From contig JBAXIL010000026.1 of assembly GCA_037138355.1 (NCBI GenBank), forward strand, positions 1-24,444: a stretch of 24,444 nt of DNA. The letters are read 5' to 3'. Made by a program: the position numbers and the translations under genes. The notes under the pieces were generated by a model. The model was not told where the DNA came from. It worked only from the letters and a program-made list of their open reading frames with translations, and did not search any database. Position 1 is the first letter of the stretch; every line of letters starts with the position of its first letter. The DNA is from a bacterium. Its GTDB lineage: Bacteria > Oederibacteriota > PGYV01 > Palsa-1178. Shown here one piece after another: positions 8,305 through 17,570 of the stretch.

Positions 8305-8994
8305 TCATTTTGCAGCTTTTATCCTTATCCTATTTATTATTTTTATTGAAGTCAATTCCCTTATAGCATCTTTGGCTATCCATTGCTCGGTTTTTGTATT
8401 GCGTATCACCATTTCTCTTGCTGTTTTCAATGCCAATTTATTAAGGGCTATATTTCTTTTACCTATATGTCGAAGTGCCCAGTTCACTGCTTTTTTAACA
8501 AAGTTGCGGTCGTCAGTTCCATACTTTTTTATTAAGGGTAGCATTTTAATAAAAACAGCATCAGGTGCCTTATCATCATGCCAAGCAAGTACAGCAATCA
8601 ATGCAAAGGCAGCCCTTCTTACGAACTCTTCTTTTCTTTTTGCCCACTCATATACTTTTTTGTACGCATATTTAGTTTTCCCAAACAGATTCATACAGGT
8701 CTGGTCGCACACATCCCACGAATCAAAATCTTTTACCCACAAGTTCATTTGCTTTTCAGTCACCTTTTCAGGATCATCAATAATACTGGCAAGTATTTTT
8801 GCCTCGTGTATGCCAGATGCCCAAAGCTCAAGGGCGAGCTTATGTTCGCCTCTCAATTTCTTTGCCATTTTGCGAATTATTATCATAGACACGCCGAGTG
8901 TGTTTTCCGAACAAATTCCAAACCTCGCCATACCCTCAATATTTTTTTGATTTTTATGAGATTTGAGTTCTTTTATTATTTGCGCGTATGTCAT
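8305..8994 (-). CDS. alkD: DNA alkylation repair protein (AlkD-like HEAT-repeat glycosylase family)
   Basis: GMARFGI, LALELWASGIHEAKILA, DFDSWDVCDQ, EEFVRRAAF, DDRNFVKKAVNWALRHIGKRN. RBS AAGGGG. Confidence 0.9.
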   Translation of the reverse strand: MTYAQIIKELKSHKNQKNIEGMARFGICSENTLGVSMIIIRKMAKKLRGEHKLALELWASGIHEAKILASIIDDPEKVTEKQMNLWVKDFDSWDVCDQTCMNLFGKTKYAYKKVYEWAKRKEEFVRRAAFALIAVLAWHDDKAPDAVFIKMLPLIKKYGTDDRNFVKKAVNWALRHIGKRNIALNKLALKTAREMVIRNTKTEQWIAKDAIRELTSIKIINRIRIKAAK

Positions 8995-9014
8995 AAAGCC
9001 CCTTTATATAATTA

Positions 9015-10196
9015 TTATTCCTCTGGTATTACTATATTAAAGACAGAGCCCTTACCTTTTCCTTTTGACTCCACCCACATACAACCACCATGGGCATTTA
9101 CAATATTTTTCGCAATTACAAGCCCCATGCCTATGCCTTTAGATGTTTGTACTATTTTGATTTTGGAAGAAAAGAAATTATCAAATATCTCAACAAGGCG
9201 TTTTGAATCTATCCCAGCCCCACTATCTTTTACAGAAATAATCTGAAACAATTTTCCTGCTGAACATGACTCCCTGACATATTCAGGGACCTTCAAGCCA
9301 AGTACATCAGTCTCGCTAACAGAAATCACAATAGCAGAACCTATTTCCGAGAAGCTAATAGAATTAACTATCAAATTGTTCAGCGCCTGCTTTATTCTGC
9401 GAGCATCTGCTTTTATTTGTCTTAGGGCTTTAGGTATTTCAACCGATATTTTAATATGCTTTGCCAACGCGTAAGCACTTATTTCAATCAAGTAATTTTC
9501 TATTAGTTCTTTCATATCCAGCTGTACTTTATTAACGCCAAAGGTTCCTACTTCATTTTCAGAGACATTGATTAAATCATTTAAAAGAAAAGAAATATTA
9601 TCCACATTTTTTTTAATCATAGCAAAATAAATAGCCGAAGCATTTTCATCCTGCTTGCTTTCAATTTTTTTATTTTCAATAGAGCTAATAGCATTTTTTA
9701 TTGCAGTCGTAGGTATGACTAACTCGTGAAATATCATGTGAATATAATTATATTTGATTTTATCTTGTTCTTCCAAACGAACCCTTTTTTCTTCAATCTC
9801 CAAAACGAGCGAAAAACGCTCCATGGAATATATCAAGGCCTTTTTCAACATGTCCGAATCGATTCTGCCTTTGACCAAATATTCCTGAGCCCCTTCTTTT
9901 AAAGCTTGTATAGCAGTAGCTTCGTCATCCATACCAGTTATGATTACTATAGGAACAACCTTGGCTTTATCCCTTACTCTATTTAATGTGTATATACCAT
10001 TAGAATCTCTTAAGTTTAAATCAAGAAGGATTATATCAGGTTTGTCTTTTTCTATTTCTTTTAATCCTTTTAAAAGCGAATCAGCTACGCTTAAATAAAA
10101 AGGTGAACTTCTTATTTCGGATAAAATCTCCCAAATAAGCCTTACATCTCCAGGGTCGTCTTCTATGAGTAATACTTTTATATGGTCCTGTGCCAT
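9015..10196 (-). CDS. cytoplasmic hybrid protein: receiver domain plus histidine kinase
   Basis: REC motifs LLIEDD, DIILLDLNL, ITG, YLVK. H-box FHELVIP, N-box LNNLIVNS, G1 KDSGAGI, G2 GIGMGL...AHGG. RBS GAGG. Confidence 0.92.
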   Translation of the reverse strand: MAQDHIKVLLIEDDPGDVRLIWEILSEIRSSPFYLSVADSLLKGLKEIEKDKPDIILLDLNLRDSNGIYTLNRVRDKAKVVPIVIITGMDDEATAIQALKEGAQEYLVKGRIDSDMLKKALIYSMERFSLVLEIEEKRVRLEEQDKIKYNYIHMIFHELVIPTTAIKNAISSIENKKIESKQDENASAIYFAMIKKNVDNISFLLNDLINVSENEVGTFGVNKVQLDMKELIENYLIEISAYALAKHIKISVEIPKALRQIKADARRIKQALNNLIVNSISFSEIGSAIVISVSETDVLGLKVPEYVRESCSAGKLFQIISVKDSGAGIDSKRLVEIFDNFFSSKIKIVQTSKGIGMGLVIAKNIVNAHGGCMWVESKGKGKGSVFNIVIPEE

Positions 10197-10304
10197 AAAA
10201 CCTCACTTCATTTCTTTCTTATTTTTTAAATTAAAACACTCCAAATTTCCCTTATAGTAAGTATAGCATAACATATAGCCAAACCTAATTTTTCCATTTT
10301 ATCG

Positions 10305-10943
10305 TTATTTAATTCCTTCTATTTCTCCATCGAGCCTCGCGAAAAATGTTTCCATAAAAGCATGCCTTGCCACAGCCAACCTTTTGCCTTCTTTTGTCAT
10401 TATCTTACCTTTGACATGTCTTAACTTTACCATATATTCTCTGTATGCCGTATCTTCTTCCGTATATGCCTTGGTCTTTAGTATATCTTTCCTTTTATTA
10501 TGAAGCTTTGCCCCAACCTCTCCGGCAAATAAAAACGCCCTACCAATTCCTACAGCCCCTATGGAATCAAGCTTATCCGCATCAAATAATATCTTAGCTT
10601 CTTTTGACACAGGTAATTTGGTGCCTCTAAATCTATGGGTTTCTATGCAATGTGCCACTTCTGCTGTTATATAATCAGACACTTTCAAGCTTTTCAAAAT
10701 TCCAACTGCCTGCCTCGCCCCCTCTAAAGCATGATCTATCTTTCCACCAGTTTTATCTTCTGCTCTTCTGGAAATATCGTGCAATAAAGCCGCCAATTTT
10801 ACCACTATCAAATCTGCCTTTTCTTTACGAGCGATATGTACAGCAAGTTCATACACACGCGAAGTGTGTTCCCAGTCATGCGAACCTTTTGATGAATCAT
10901 GAATTTTTTTCGCAATTATTCTTACCTTATCAATTATCGCCAT
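10305..10943 (-). CDS. HD-domain phosphohydrolase (YedJ-like)
   Basis: SHDWEHTSRV, AALLHDI, IETHRFR, EAKILFDADKLDSIGAVGIGRAF. RBS AGGGAG. Confidence 0.9.
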   Translation of the reverse strand: MAIIDKVRIIAKKIHDSSKGSHDWEHTSRVYELAVHIARKEKADLIVVKLAALLHDISRRAEDKTGGKIDHALEGARQAVGILKSLKVSDYITAEVAHCIETHRFRGTKLPVSKEAKILFDADKLDSIGAVGIGRAFLFAGEVGAKLHNKRKDILKTKAYTEEDTAYREYMVKLRHVKGKIMTKEGKRLAVARHAFMETFFARLDGEIEGIK

Positions 10944-10962
10944 TGTATCTCCCTAAATTATT

Positions 10963-12120
10963 TTATGCCTGACTAATTGGAATCCCACCAACAAAAACTT
11001 CATAAAGTTTTAAATTTTCATCCAAGACATTAAAGTCCGCAAAACAACCTTTTGCAATCCTACCAACCCTCTTCAAACCAAGCAATTTGGCAGGATTATA
11101 AGTTACCATTCTAAGCACCTGTTCATTATTTAAGTCACACCATTTTTTCGTATTTTTCACCATATCTAATAGTGTAGTACAACTGCCAAACAGTGTGCCG
11201 TCTGCACGAAATGCTGCACCTGCCTTCACCACAACAGTACCACTTTTTTTGAGATAATATTTGCCTGCTTTGTAATCCAGCATGGCAGTAGAATCCGTAA
11301 TCAAGATTACTCGTTCTATGCCAAGCAACTTAATGGCAAACCGTATTATTACAGGGTGCACATGTGTCCCATCTGCTATGAGCTCAACCGTAGTGTTTAA
11401 GTTTTCCACGATAGCAGTAAAAGGACCTGGCTTTCTATGATGAAATCCTTGCATAGCATTAAATAGATGTGTCACATGGTGTATTCCAGATTTCAAAGCA
11501 CTTTTTGTTTTAACATAATCTGCGGCACTATGTCCAAAGGCAGCAATTACATGCTTTTTCGCAAGTAGTTTAGAAACCTCCATAGCTTGTTTTAATTCTG
11601 GTGCCAGTGTCATTACTTTAAGTGTGCCATAACTTTTGTTAATTGCATCCATAATTTTTTTTATATTTGCATTTGTCTTACTAATATATTCTTCACTAAT
11701 ACTACCTTTTTTTAAAGTACTAATAAACGGACCTTCCATATAGAGTCCCAAAAAGCGAGCAGCTGTTGAATTGTTATTATCAAAATATGTGGCATTAAAA
11801 CTATTTTTTTTATCAAAAAAACAAGCAAGAAGAAATGAGGTCACACCAGTTTTGGCAAATGCCTTTGCCATAAGCTTTACTTGTTTGGGAGAAGTAATAT
11901 CCATAGCATCTATGCCACCGGCTCCATGCGTATGCATATCAATGAAACCAGGACTAATTATTTTATTTTTTAAATCGTATATTTTATACCCCGTAGGCAT
12001 TTTACTTTGCTTATTACTTATTTCCCTGATAATGCCATCCTCAAACTTAATTTGACTGGCTTTAATGAAATACTTGCCGTCAAAAATTGAGGCATTTATA
12101 ATTATAGCTTTATCATTCAC
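10963..12120 (-). CDS. nagA: N-acetylglucosamine-6-phosphate deacetylase
   Basis: PGFIDMHTHG, EGPFIS, TLAPE, GHS, THLFNAM, IADGTHVHP, LITDS, NPAKLLG. GTG start with GGAG RBS. Confidence 0.92.
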   Translation of the reverse strand: MNDKAIIINASIFDGKYFIKASQIKFEDGIIREISNKQSKMPTGYKIYDLKNKIISPGFIDMHTHGAGGIDAMDITSPKQVKLMAKAFAKTGVTSFLLACFFDKKNSFNATYFDNNNSTAARFLGLYMEGPFISTLKKGSISEEYISKTNANIKKIMDAINKSYGTLKVMTLAPELKQAMEVSKLLAKKHVIAAFGHSAADYVKTKSALKSGIHHVTHLFNAMQGFHHRKPGPFTAIVENLNTTVELIADGTHVHPVIIRFAIKLLGIERVILITDSTAMLDYKAGKYYLKKSGTVVVKAGAAFRADGTLFGSCTTLLDMVKNTKKWCDLNNEQVLRMVTYNPAKLLGLKRVGRIAKGCFADFNVLDENLKLYEVFVGGIPISQA

Positions 12121-12151
12121 AATGCCACTCCGGTAAATCTATGTTTGTTTT

Positions 12152-12580
12152 TTAAACTACAGACACAAGTTCTATCTCAAATGTCAGTTCCTTGCCAGCG
12201 AGCGGATGGTTTCCGTCAAGAGTGGCTTCGGTTTCCGTCATAGCAGTCACCTGTGCAAAAACTGCTTGTCCGTCTGGTCCCATAAGTTGCAACTGCAATC
12301 CTATCGCTGGTTTTATATGCTCTGGTATTTCTGACAAAGGCACCACTATCAGCGCTTCATCCTGTCTTAAACCATAGGCCTCTGCTGGAGGTATTTTTAT
12401 CGTTTTCTTATCCCCAGGGTTTAGCCCTATTACAGCCGCTTCAAAAGCAGGTATGAGCATGCCTTCTCCGAGTTTGAATTCCAAAGGTTCTCTTCCTTCA
12501 GAAGTATCAAAAACGCTTCCGTCGTCAAGTGTGCCTTTATAGTTGACTTTTACAGTATCACCTTTTTTTGCCTGTGCCAT
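12152..12580 (-). CDS. slyD: FKBP-type peptidyl-prolyl cis-trans isomerase with insert-in-flap domain (short SlyD/SlpA type)
   Basis: VKVNYKGTLDDGSVFDTS, PLEFKLGEG, IPPAEAYG, LDGNHPLAGKELTFEIELV. No His-rich tail. RBS GGAGG. Confidence 0.9.
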   Translation of the reverse strand: MAQAKKGDTVKVNYKGTLDDGSVFDTSEGREPLEFKLGEGMLIPAFEAAVIGLNPGDKKTIKIPPAEAYGLRQDEALIVVPLSEIPEHIKPAIGLQLQLMGPDGQAVFAQVTAMTETEATLDGNHPLAGKELTFEIELVSVV

Positions 12581-12705
12581 TTACTACCTCCAGATAATTT
12601 ATTTTATGACAATAAATATTATCATTTAAGACCTAAAAATGAAAGTTTTTTTTCAACAATAATGCCTAATATACTTCACTTTTTATTCAAGAAGCAAGTT
12701 ATTTC

Positions 12706-12734
12706 TTGCCAAAAGCCTTATATTTAATTATAAT
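12706..12734 (+). promoter_or_regulatory. sigma70-type promoter for PASTA-rpe(-ffh)
   Basis: TTGCCA-N17-TATAAT ending 35 nt before ATG 12770. RBS GAGAGGG. Confidence 0.7.
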
Positions 12735-12769
12735 AAACGCATATCTAAATTATCTTTGAGAGGGATTGT

Positions 12770-13720
12770 ATGGAAAAAGAAAAAGTCAATTTAATCTTCA
12801 AGTTAAGTGTAATAGGTTTTATCTTCATGTTAATTACAGCCGCCACCATAATGAAAATTATTTTTGTACTTTCAGTTATATCTGTACCTGATTTTACAGG
12901 TATGAAAACTGAAAAAGCCCAAAAAAAAGCTTCTCGAATGCATATAGATTTAAAAATTGCCGATGAGATTTACAGCCCTCTTTATGAAACTGGTTGCATA
13001 GTTTCACAAGACATTGCAGCACAAACTAAAATAAAAAAAGGAAGAACAGTCTATTTAGTTGTCAGCAAAGGTTCCAAAATAGTCTCTATTCCTGATATTA
13101 CAATGCAGCAAAAATCTGCTGCCTTAGTCACACTTAGGAATAATGCTCTTTTAGACGGAAACGACACTCTGGTTGCATCTACAAGCTATAGAGAAAACAC
13201 CGTCATGGCTCAGTCTCCTTGCGCAGGACAAGAAACAACTGCTGGAATTAAAGTAAATATGCTTCGCTCTTCTGGTCAGCGCAAAAAAGATTTTCTAATG
13301 CCTGACTTAACTGGTATAAATGCTTTTGCTGCCTTTTCTTCTCTGCGAAAAAATAAGTTTTTGATTGAAAAGCTTTCCGTGGAACCAAACGAAGAGCTTG
13401 CCTCTGGAACTATATTAAGTCAAGACCCTCCAGCAGGTTATATAGTAAATGAAAAAAAACCTATTTCATTAAAAGCCAGCATAAAACAATCAGACACAAC
13501 CCTAAAAAAACGCATAATCAAAATAATATATGCCAATCCTGATACTCTTCCACAGTTGGTCAGTATTAAAGTATTAAGCTTAAATGGTAGTGAAACTTTA
13601 TACAATGAAGTTGCACAACCCAATGAACCTATAAATATAAATGCTACAATACTCGGCGATGCACTTGTTCAGATATGGAACGGCACTGAAATCGCCAAAG
13701 AAATGGAGTTTAAAAACTAA
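12770..13720 (+). CDS. membrane-anchored PASTA-domain protein (three repeats, no kinase domain)
   Basis: N-terminal hydrophobic helix. Repeats VPDFTGM...IVSQD...LVVSKG, IPDITM...VMAQSP...RSSG, MPDLTG...ILSQDP. Stop overlaps rpe start (TAATG). Confidence 0.88.
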   Translation: MEKEKVNLIFKLSVIGFIFMLITAATIMKIIFVLSVISVPDFTGMKTEKAQKKASRMHIDLKIADEIYSPLYETGCIVSQDIAAQTKIKKGRTVYLVVSKGSKIVSIPDITMQQKSAALVTLRNNALLDGNDTLVASTSYRENTVMAQSPCAGQETTAGIKVNMLRSSGQRKKDFLMPDLTGINAFAAFSSLRKNKFLIEKLSVEPNEELASGTILSQDPPAGYIVNEKKPISLKASIKQSDTTLKKRIIKIIYANPDTLPQLVSIKVLSLNGSETLYNEVAQPNEPININATILGDALVQIWNGTEIAKEMEFKN

Positions 13721-14385
13721 TGCGCAAAGTCATGATATCTCCTTCCATACTTGACTCAGATTTTTCAGCTATTAAGAACACTATACTCATGCTCAACAAA
13801 GCCAAGTCCGAGTATATACACTTTGATATTATGGACGGCAATTTTGTTCCTGCTATAACTTTCGGGCCAAAAATAATAAAACCACTACGCCCACTTACCA
13901 AAATAATCTTTGACACACATCTTATGATACTTAACCCTGACAAATACGCTGACTTGTTTATGGATGCTGGCTCAGATATCATAACAGTTCACTTAGAAGC
14001 AGTTAAAGATATGAAAGCCATGATAAAACAGGTAAAAGACCGCGGTAAAAAAATTGGTGTTTCAATTAAGCCCAATACCCCATCAAAAAAGCTTCACAAA
14101 TATATTGACCAACTTGATTTAGTTTTAGTTATGAGCGTAGAGCCTGGTTTTGGCGGACAAAAGTTTATGGAACCCATGCTAAAAAAAGTCATAGATTTAA
14201 GGAACATAATAGATAAAAATCACTTAAACTGCCTTATAGAGATAGACGGTGGAATTAACAAAAGCAACGCACATTTGGCCTGTCAGGCAGGCGTGGATAT
14301 AGTAGTTGCTGGCAGTGCTATATTTGGCTCAGGCAATCCTACTAAAGCCATAAAGGAATTAAGAGCTTCTTTTAAACAAAAATAA
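13720..14385 (+). CDS. rpe: ribulose-phosphate 3-epimerase
   Basis: ISPSIL, IHFDIMDGNFVPAITFG, DTHLMI, VMSVEPGFGGQKF, IEIDGGI, VAGSAIF. Confidence 0.97.
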   Translation: MRKVMISPSILDSDFSAIKNTILMLNKAKSEYIHFDIMDGNFVPAITFGPKIIKPLRPLTKIIFDTHLMILNPDKYADLFMDAGSDIITVHLEAVKDMKAMIKQVKDRGKKIGVSIKPNTPSKKLHKYIDQLDLVLVMSVEPGFGGQKFMEPMLKKVIDLRNIIDKNHLNCLIEIDGGINKSNAHLACQAGVDIVVAGSAIFGSGNPTKAIKELRASFKQK

Positions 14386-14468
14386 ACTGGTCTGCTGTCA
14401 TTGTAAGGCACAAAATAAAATAATGGCAGTCTAATAAAAAACAATCCTACAACTTAAGGAGTTATGTA

Positions 14469-15809
14469 ATGTTTGACACGGTTTCAAACAAATTATACGA
14501 AATCATACGCAAAATAAAAGGCACTGGCGTCATTAGTGAAAAAAATATTGAAGACGCTTTAAAAGATATTCGCATGTCCTTACTCGAAGCCGATGTAAAC
14601 TACAAAGTCGTAAAGAGCTTCATTGAAGCTGTGAAAGTAAAGGCCTTAGGCGAAGAGGTTTTAAAGTCCATATCACCTGGCCAACAATTTATAAAAATAG
14701 TCAATGACGAACTGATTTCCTTTCTTGGCGAAAAAAATACAGGCATAGATATTTCTAATAGACCGGTTTTAATACTGCTCATAGGACTACAGGGTTCTGG
14801 TAAAACAACCACGGCAGCCAAGCTCGCAAATTATTTCAGACAAGAAAAAAAGTTTGATAAAATAATGCTTGTAGGTGCCGACACTTACAGACCTGCCGCC
14901 AAAGACCAGCTCGAGAAGCTTGCCAAAACAGTCAATGCAGTTTTTTATACTGAGCCGCATAATGACGCAGTAAAAATAGCAATCAATGCTTATAAAGAAC
15001 TGGAAACAAAAGCTTTTGATGCTGTGATTTTTGATACAGCAGGAAGACTTCATATAGATACTGAACTGATAGACGAACTAAAAAAAATGAAACAAGCTAT
15101 TCCTTTTAAAGAAATATTTCTTGTGGCTGACTCTATGTTAGGTCAAGAGTCCGTCAATGTCGCCAAAAATTTTAACGAAGCCCTCGGCATAACCGGCTTA
15201 ATCTTAACAAAGATAGACGGTGACGCCAGAGGCGGAGCTGCCCTTTCCATGAAGCATACTACCAATGTCCCTATTAAGTTCATGGGCACTGGCGAAAAGA
15301 CAGACAAGCTTGAACTATTTCATCCTGACAGGATTGCCTCAAGGATACTTGGTATGGGTGATGTAGTATCTTTAGTTGAAAAAGTCGGACAAAACATTGA
15401 TATAGAACAAGCCAAAAGAACTGAAGAAAAGTTTAGAAAGGCCACCTTTAATCTTGAGGACTTTTTGGAACAAATGCAACAAATGAAAAAAATGGGACCT
15501 ATGGAAGATATCATAAAAATGCTTCCAGGCGCATCTAAAATGGGACTTTCAAATGTAAAAATGGACGATAAGGAATTAAAACACACCGAAGCCATTATAC
15601 TTTCTATGACACCCAGAGAACGCAATCATCCTGAACTGATTGACTCCTCAAGAAAAGCCAGAATAGCGAAAGGCAGCGGCGTAAAAACTGAAAATGTCTC
15701 AAGATTATTAAAGCAGTTCGCTCAGGTTAAAAAAATGATGAAAAGTATGGGCCGTCGCAGACATGGTTCAGGTGGTGGTTTTCCAGGTATGCCAGGTATG
15801 CCGTTTTAA
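14469..15809 (+). CDS. ffh: signal recognition particle protein Ffh
   Basis: LLEADVN, GLQGSGKTT, DTAGR, TKIDGDARGGAALS, FHPDRIASRILGMGD, Met-rich M domain with IILSMT..ER and RIAKGSG. RBS AAGGAG. Confidence 0.98.
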   Translation: MFDTVSNKLYEIIRKIKGTGVISEKNIEDALKDIRMSLLEADVNYKVVKSFIEAVKVKALGEEVLKSISPGQQFIKIVNDELISFLGEKNTGIDISNRPVLILLIGLQGSGKTTTAAKLANYFRQEKKFDKIMLVGADTYRPAAKDQLEKLAKTVNAVFYTEPHNDAVKIAINAYKELETKAFDAVIFDTAGRLHIDTELIDELKKMKQAIPFKEIFLVADSMLGQESVNVAKNFNEALGITGLILTKIDGDARGGAALSMKHTTNVPIKFMGTGEKTDKLELFHPDRIASRILGMGDVVSLVEKVGQNIDIEQAKRTEEKFRKATFNLEDFLEQMQQMKKMGPMEDIIKMLPGASKMGLSNVKMDDKELKHTEAIILSMTPRERNHPELIDSSRKARIAKGSGVKTENVSRLLKQFAQVKKMMKSMGRRRHGSGGGFPGMPGMPF

Positions 15810-15833
15810 AAATCAATCAATTTAATTTATTGC

Positions 15834-16604
15834 CTACTTCTGCGGGTTTCCAGGTATGGATGAAAGCAATAATTTAGTATAAGCACTTTTAGGTTTACAG
15901 AAAACATTTTCAACACTTCCTTGTTCTTCTATCTTCCCATCTTTGAGGACTATAATATCATCCGCTAAACTTTTAACAAGTCGTAGGTCATGAGTGATAA
16001 AAACTATACTTATTTTATTTTCCTTATTTAGCTTTTGAAATAATGAAAGTATCTGTGCTTGAACAGACACATCCAAAGAAGAAACAGGCTCATCTGCAAT
16101 CAACAAGCTCGGACGCATAGCTAAAGCTCTGGCAATTACTACGCGTTGCCTTTGACCTCCTGATAATTCATGTGGATATTTATTCTCTATTTCCGTTTTT
16201 AATCCCACGCTTTCCAAACAAGCAATTACACCTAATCGCAATTCATTGCCTGTTTTATTAAAGTGAAACCCTATCGGTTCTGCTATGATATCGCCTATTT
16301 TCATTCTTGGATTTAGAGAACCAAAAGTATCCTGAAAAACATATTGCACTGCTGCTCTTTTTTCTTTTGTATCAAACATAAGTGGCTCATTATTAAATAT
16401 GATTTCACCTTCATCAGGTATTTCAATTCCAGCCAGACACCGCGCAATAGTAGTTTTTCCAGAACCAGATTCTCCTACTATAGCCATTATAGTGCCATCC
16501 TTTACTTCAAAAGAAACTCCAGCAACAGCAATAACTTCCGTTTTGCCTTTGCCAAACATTTTCTCATTTGTAAAAACTTTTTTTAGATTTATCACTTTTA
16601 ACAT
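15834..16604 (-). CDS. oppF: peptide/nickel ABC transporter ATPase (OppF/DppF-like)
   Basis: GESGSGKT, VFQD..GSLNPR, YPHELSGGQRQR, IADEPVSSLDVSVQAQI, ITHDL. Confidence 0.9.
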   Translation of the reverse strand: MLKVINLKKVFTNEKMFGKGKTEVIAVAGVSFEVKDGTIMAIVGESGSGKTTIARCLAGIEIPDEGEIIFNNEPLMFDTKEKRAAVQYVFQDTFGSLNPRMKIGDIIAEPIGFHFNKTGNELRLGVIACLESVGLKTEIENKYPHELSGGQRQRVVIARALAMRPSLLIADEPVSSLDVSVQAQILSLFQKLNKENKISIVFITHDLRLVKSLADDIIVLKDGKIEEQGSVENVFCKPKSAYTKLLLSSIPGNPQK

Positions 16605-17570
16605 TTAACTTTTTACCCTTTCTTTTGTATATGGATAAAAACATCTAACTCCATTTACCATTTCAGGATGTGCCTTGCCACATTTCTCGCCTACCTTATG
16701 ACATCTGTTTTTAAAATAACATTCATTCATAACCATTTTCAAATCCGGTACTTCTCCTGGAATTACAGCAAACTCGCGCTTATTTTCGTTTATATCAGGT
16801 ATTATCTCAAATAAAGCCCTCGTATATGGGTGTGCAGAAGCTTCTTTGTTTTGCATTATTGTATCTTCCACTATTTCCCCTGCATACATAACAATCACCC
16901 TTTTGCACAAATCAAGGGCTAAATGCAGGTCATGAGTAATCAGTATTAGCGATAAATTGCGTTCCTTCTTTAATCTTTTTAGAAGTTCTATTATCTGTGC
17001 CTGAACAGTCACATCCAAAGCAGTGGTTGGTTCGTCAGCAATCAGTATTTTTGGTGAACAAGAAAGAGCTATGGCAATCATTACTCTTTGCTGCTGTCCG
17101 CCAGAGAGCTGATGCGGATATGATTCATAAACTCTTTGCGCTTCTTTAATCCCAGTTTCTTCAAGCAGCTTGATAGCCATTTCTTTAAGCTTTGACTTAT
17201 CTTTTATTTTCAAATGAGCCATTATGGTTTCTTCGATTTGTTCCTTAACAGAAAAAACAGGATTAAGCGAAGCCGCAGGATCCTGAAAAATAGTTCCTGC
17301 TTTGACTCCCCTTACGCTTTCTAATTCTTTATTTGTCATTTCTAATATATTTTTATTATCTATTAAAACAGTCCCAGAACTAATTGAGTTTAAAGCCAGA
17401 AGATTTACTAGAGAAGATGCCAATGTAGATTTACCACAACCAGACTCGCCTACTATGGCTAAAGCTTCACCTGCCCCAATAGCCAGGTTCACACTTTTTA
17501 AAGCATGAAGTAATTGTTTTTGCCCGAGCTTATAATCCACACTTAAAGCTTTTATCTCTATGACACTCAT
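16605..17570 (-). CDS. oppD: peptide/nickel ABC transporter ATPase (OppD/DppD-like)
   Basis: GESGCGKS, IFQDP..SLNP, YPHQLSGGQQQR, IADEPTTALDVTVQAQI, HPYT and a C-terminal four-Cys cluster. Confidence 0.92.
   Translation of the reverse strand: MSVIEIKALSVDYKLGQKQLLHALKSVNLAIGAGEALAIVGESGCGKSTLASSLVNLLALNSISSGTVLIDNKNILEMTNKELESVRGVKAGTIFQDPAASLNPVFSVKEQIEETIMAHLKIKDKSKLKEMAIKLLEETGIKEAQRVYESYPHQLSGGQQQRVMIAIALSCSPKILIADEPTTALDVTVQAQIIELLKRLKKERNLSLILITHDLHLALDLCKRVIVMYAGEIVEDTIMQNKEASAHPYTRALFEIIPDINENKREFAVIPGEVPDLKMVMNECYFKNRCHKVGEKCGKAHPEMVNGVRCFYPYTKERVKS

Noticed and set aside
8255..9246. Long plus-strand ORFs of 231 aa and 222 aa
   Set aside because: Antisense shadows of alkD and the kinase 3' end, with no recognisable motifs and composition typical of reverse-frame translation.
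14386..14468. Possible SRP RNA or leader structure upstream of ffh (CTGTCATT...AATGGCAG)
   Set aside because: Lacks the SRP domain IV motif (CAGG..GNRA..AGCAG), the stem is short with a long A-rich loop, and support is insufficient.
15780..15858. 12-nt direct repeat TTTCCAGGTATG at the convergent ffh and oppF ends, and a CCAGGTATG tandem
   Set aside because: The tandem encodes the usual low-complexity PGM tail of Ffh. The second copy lies in coding sequence and is plausibly chance, with no element between the copies.
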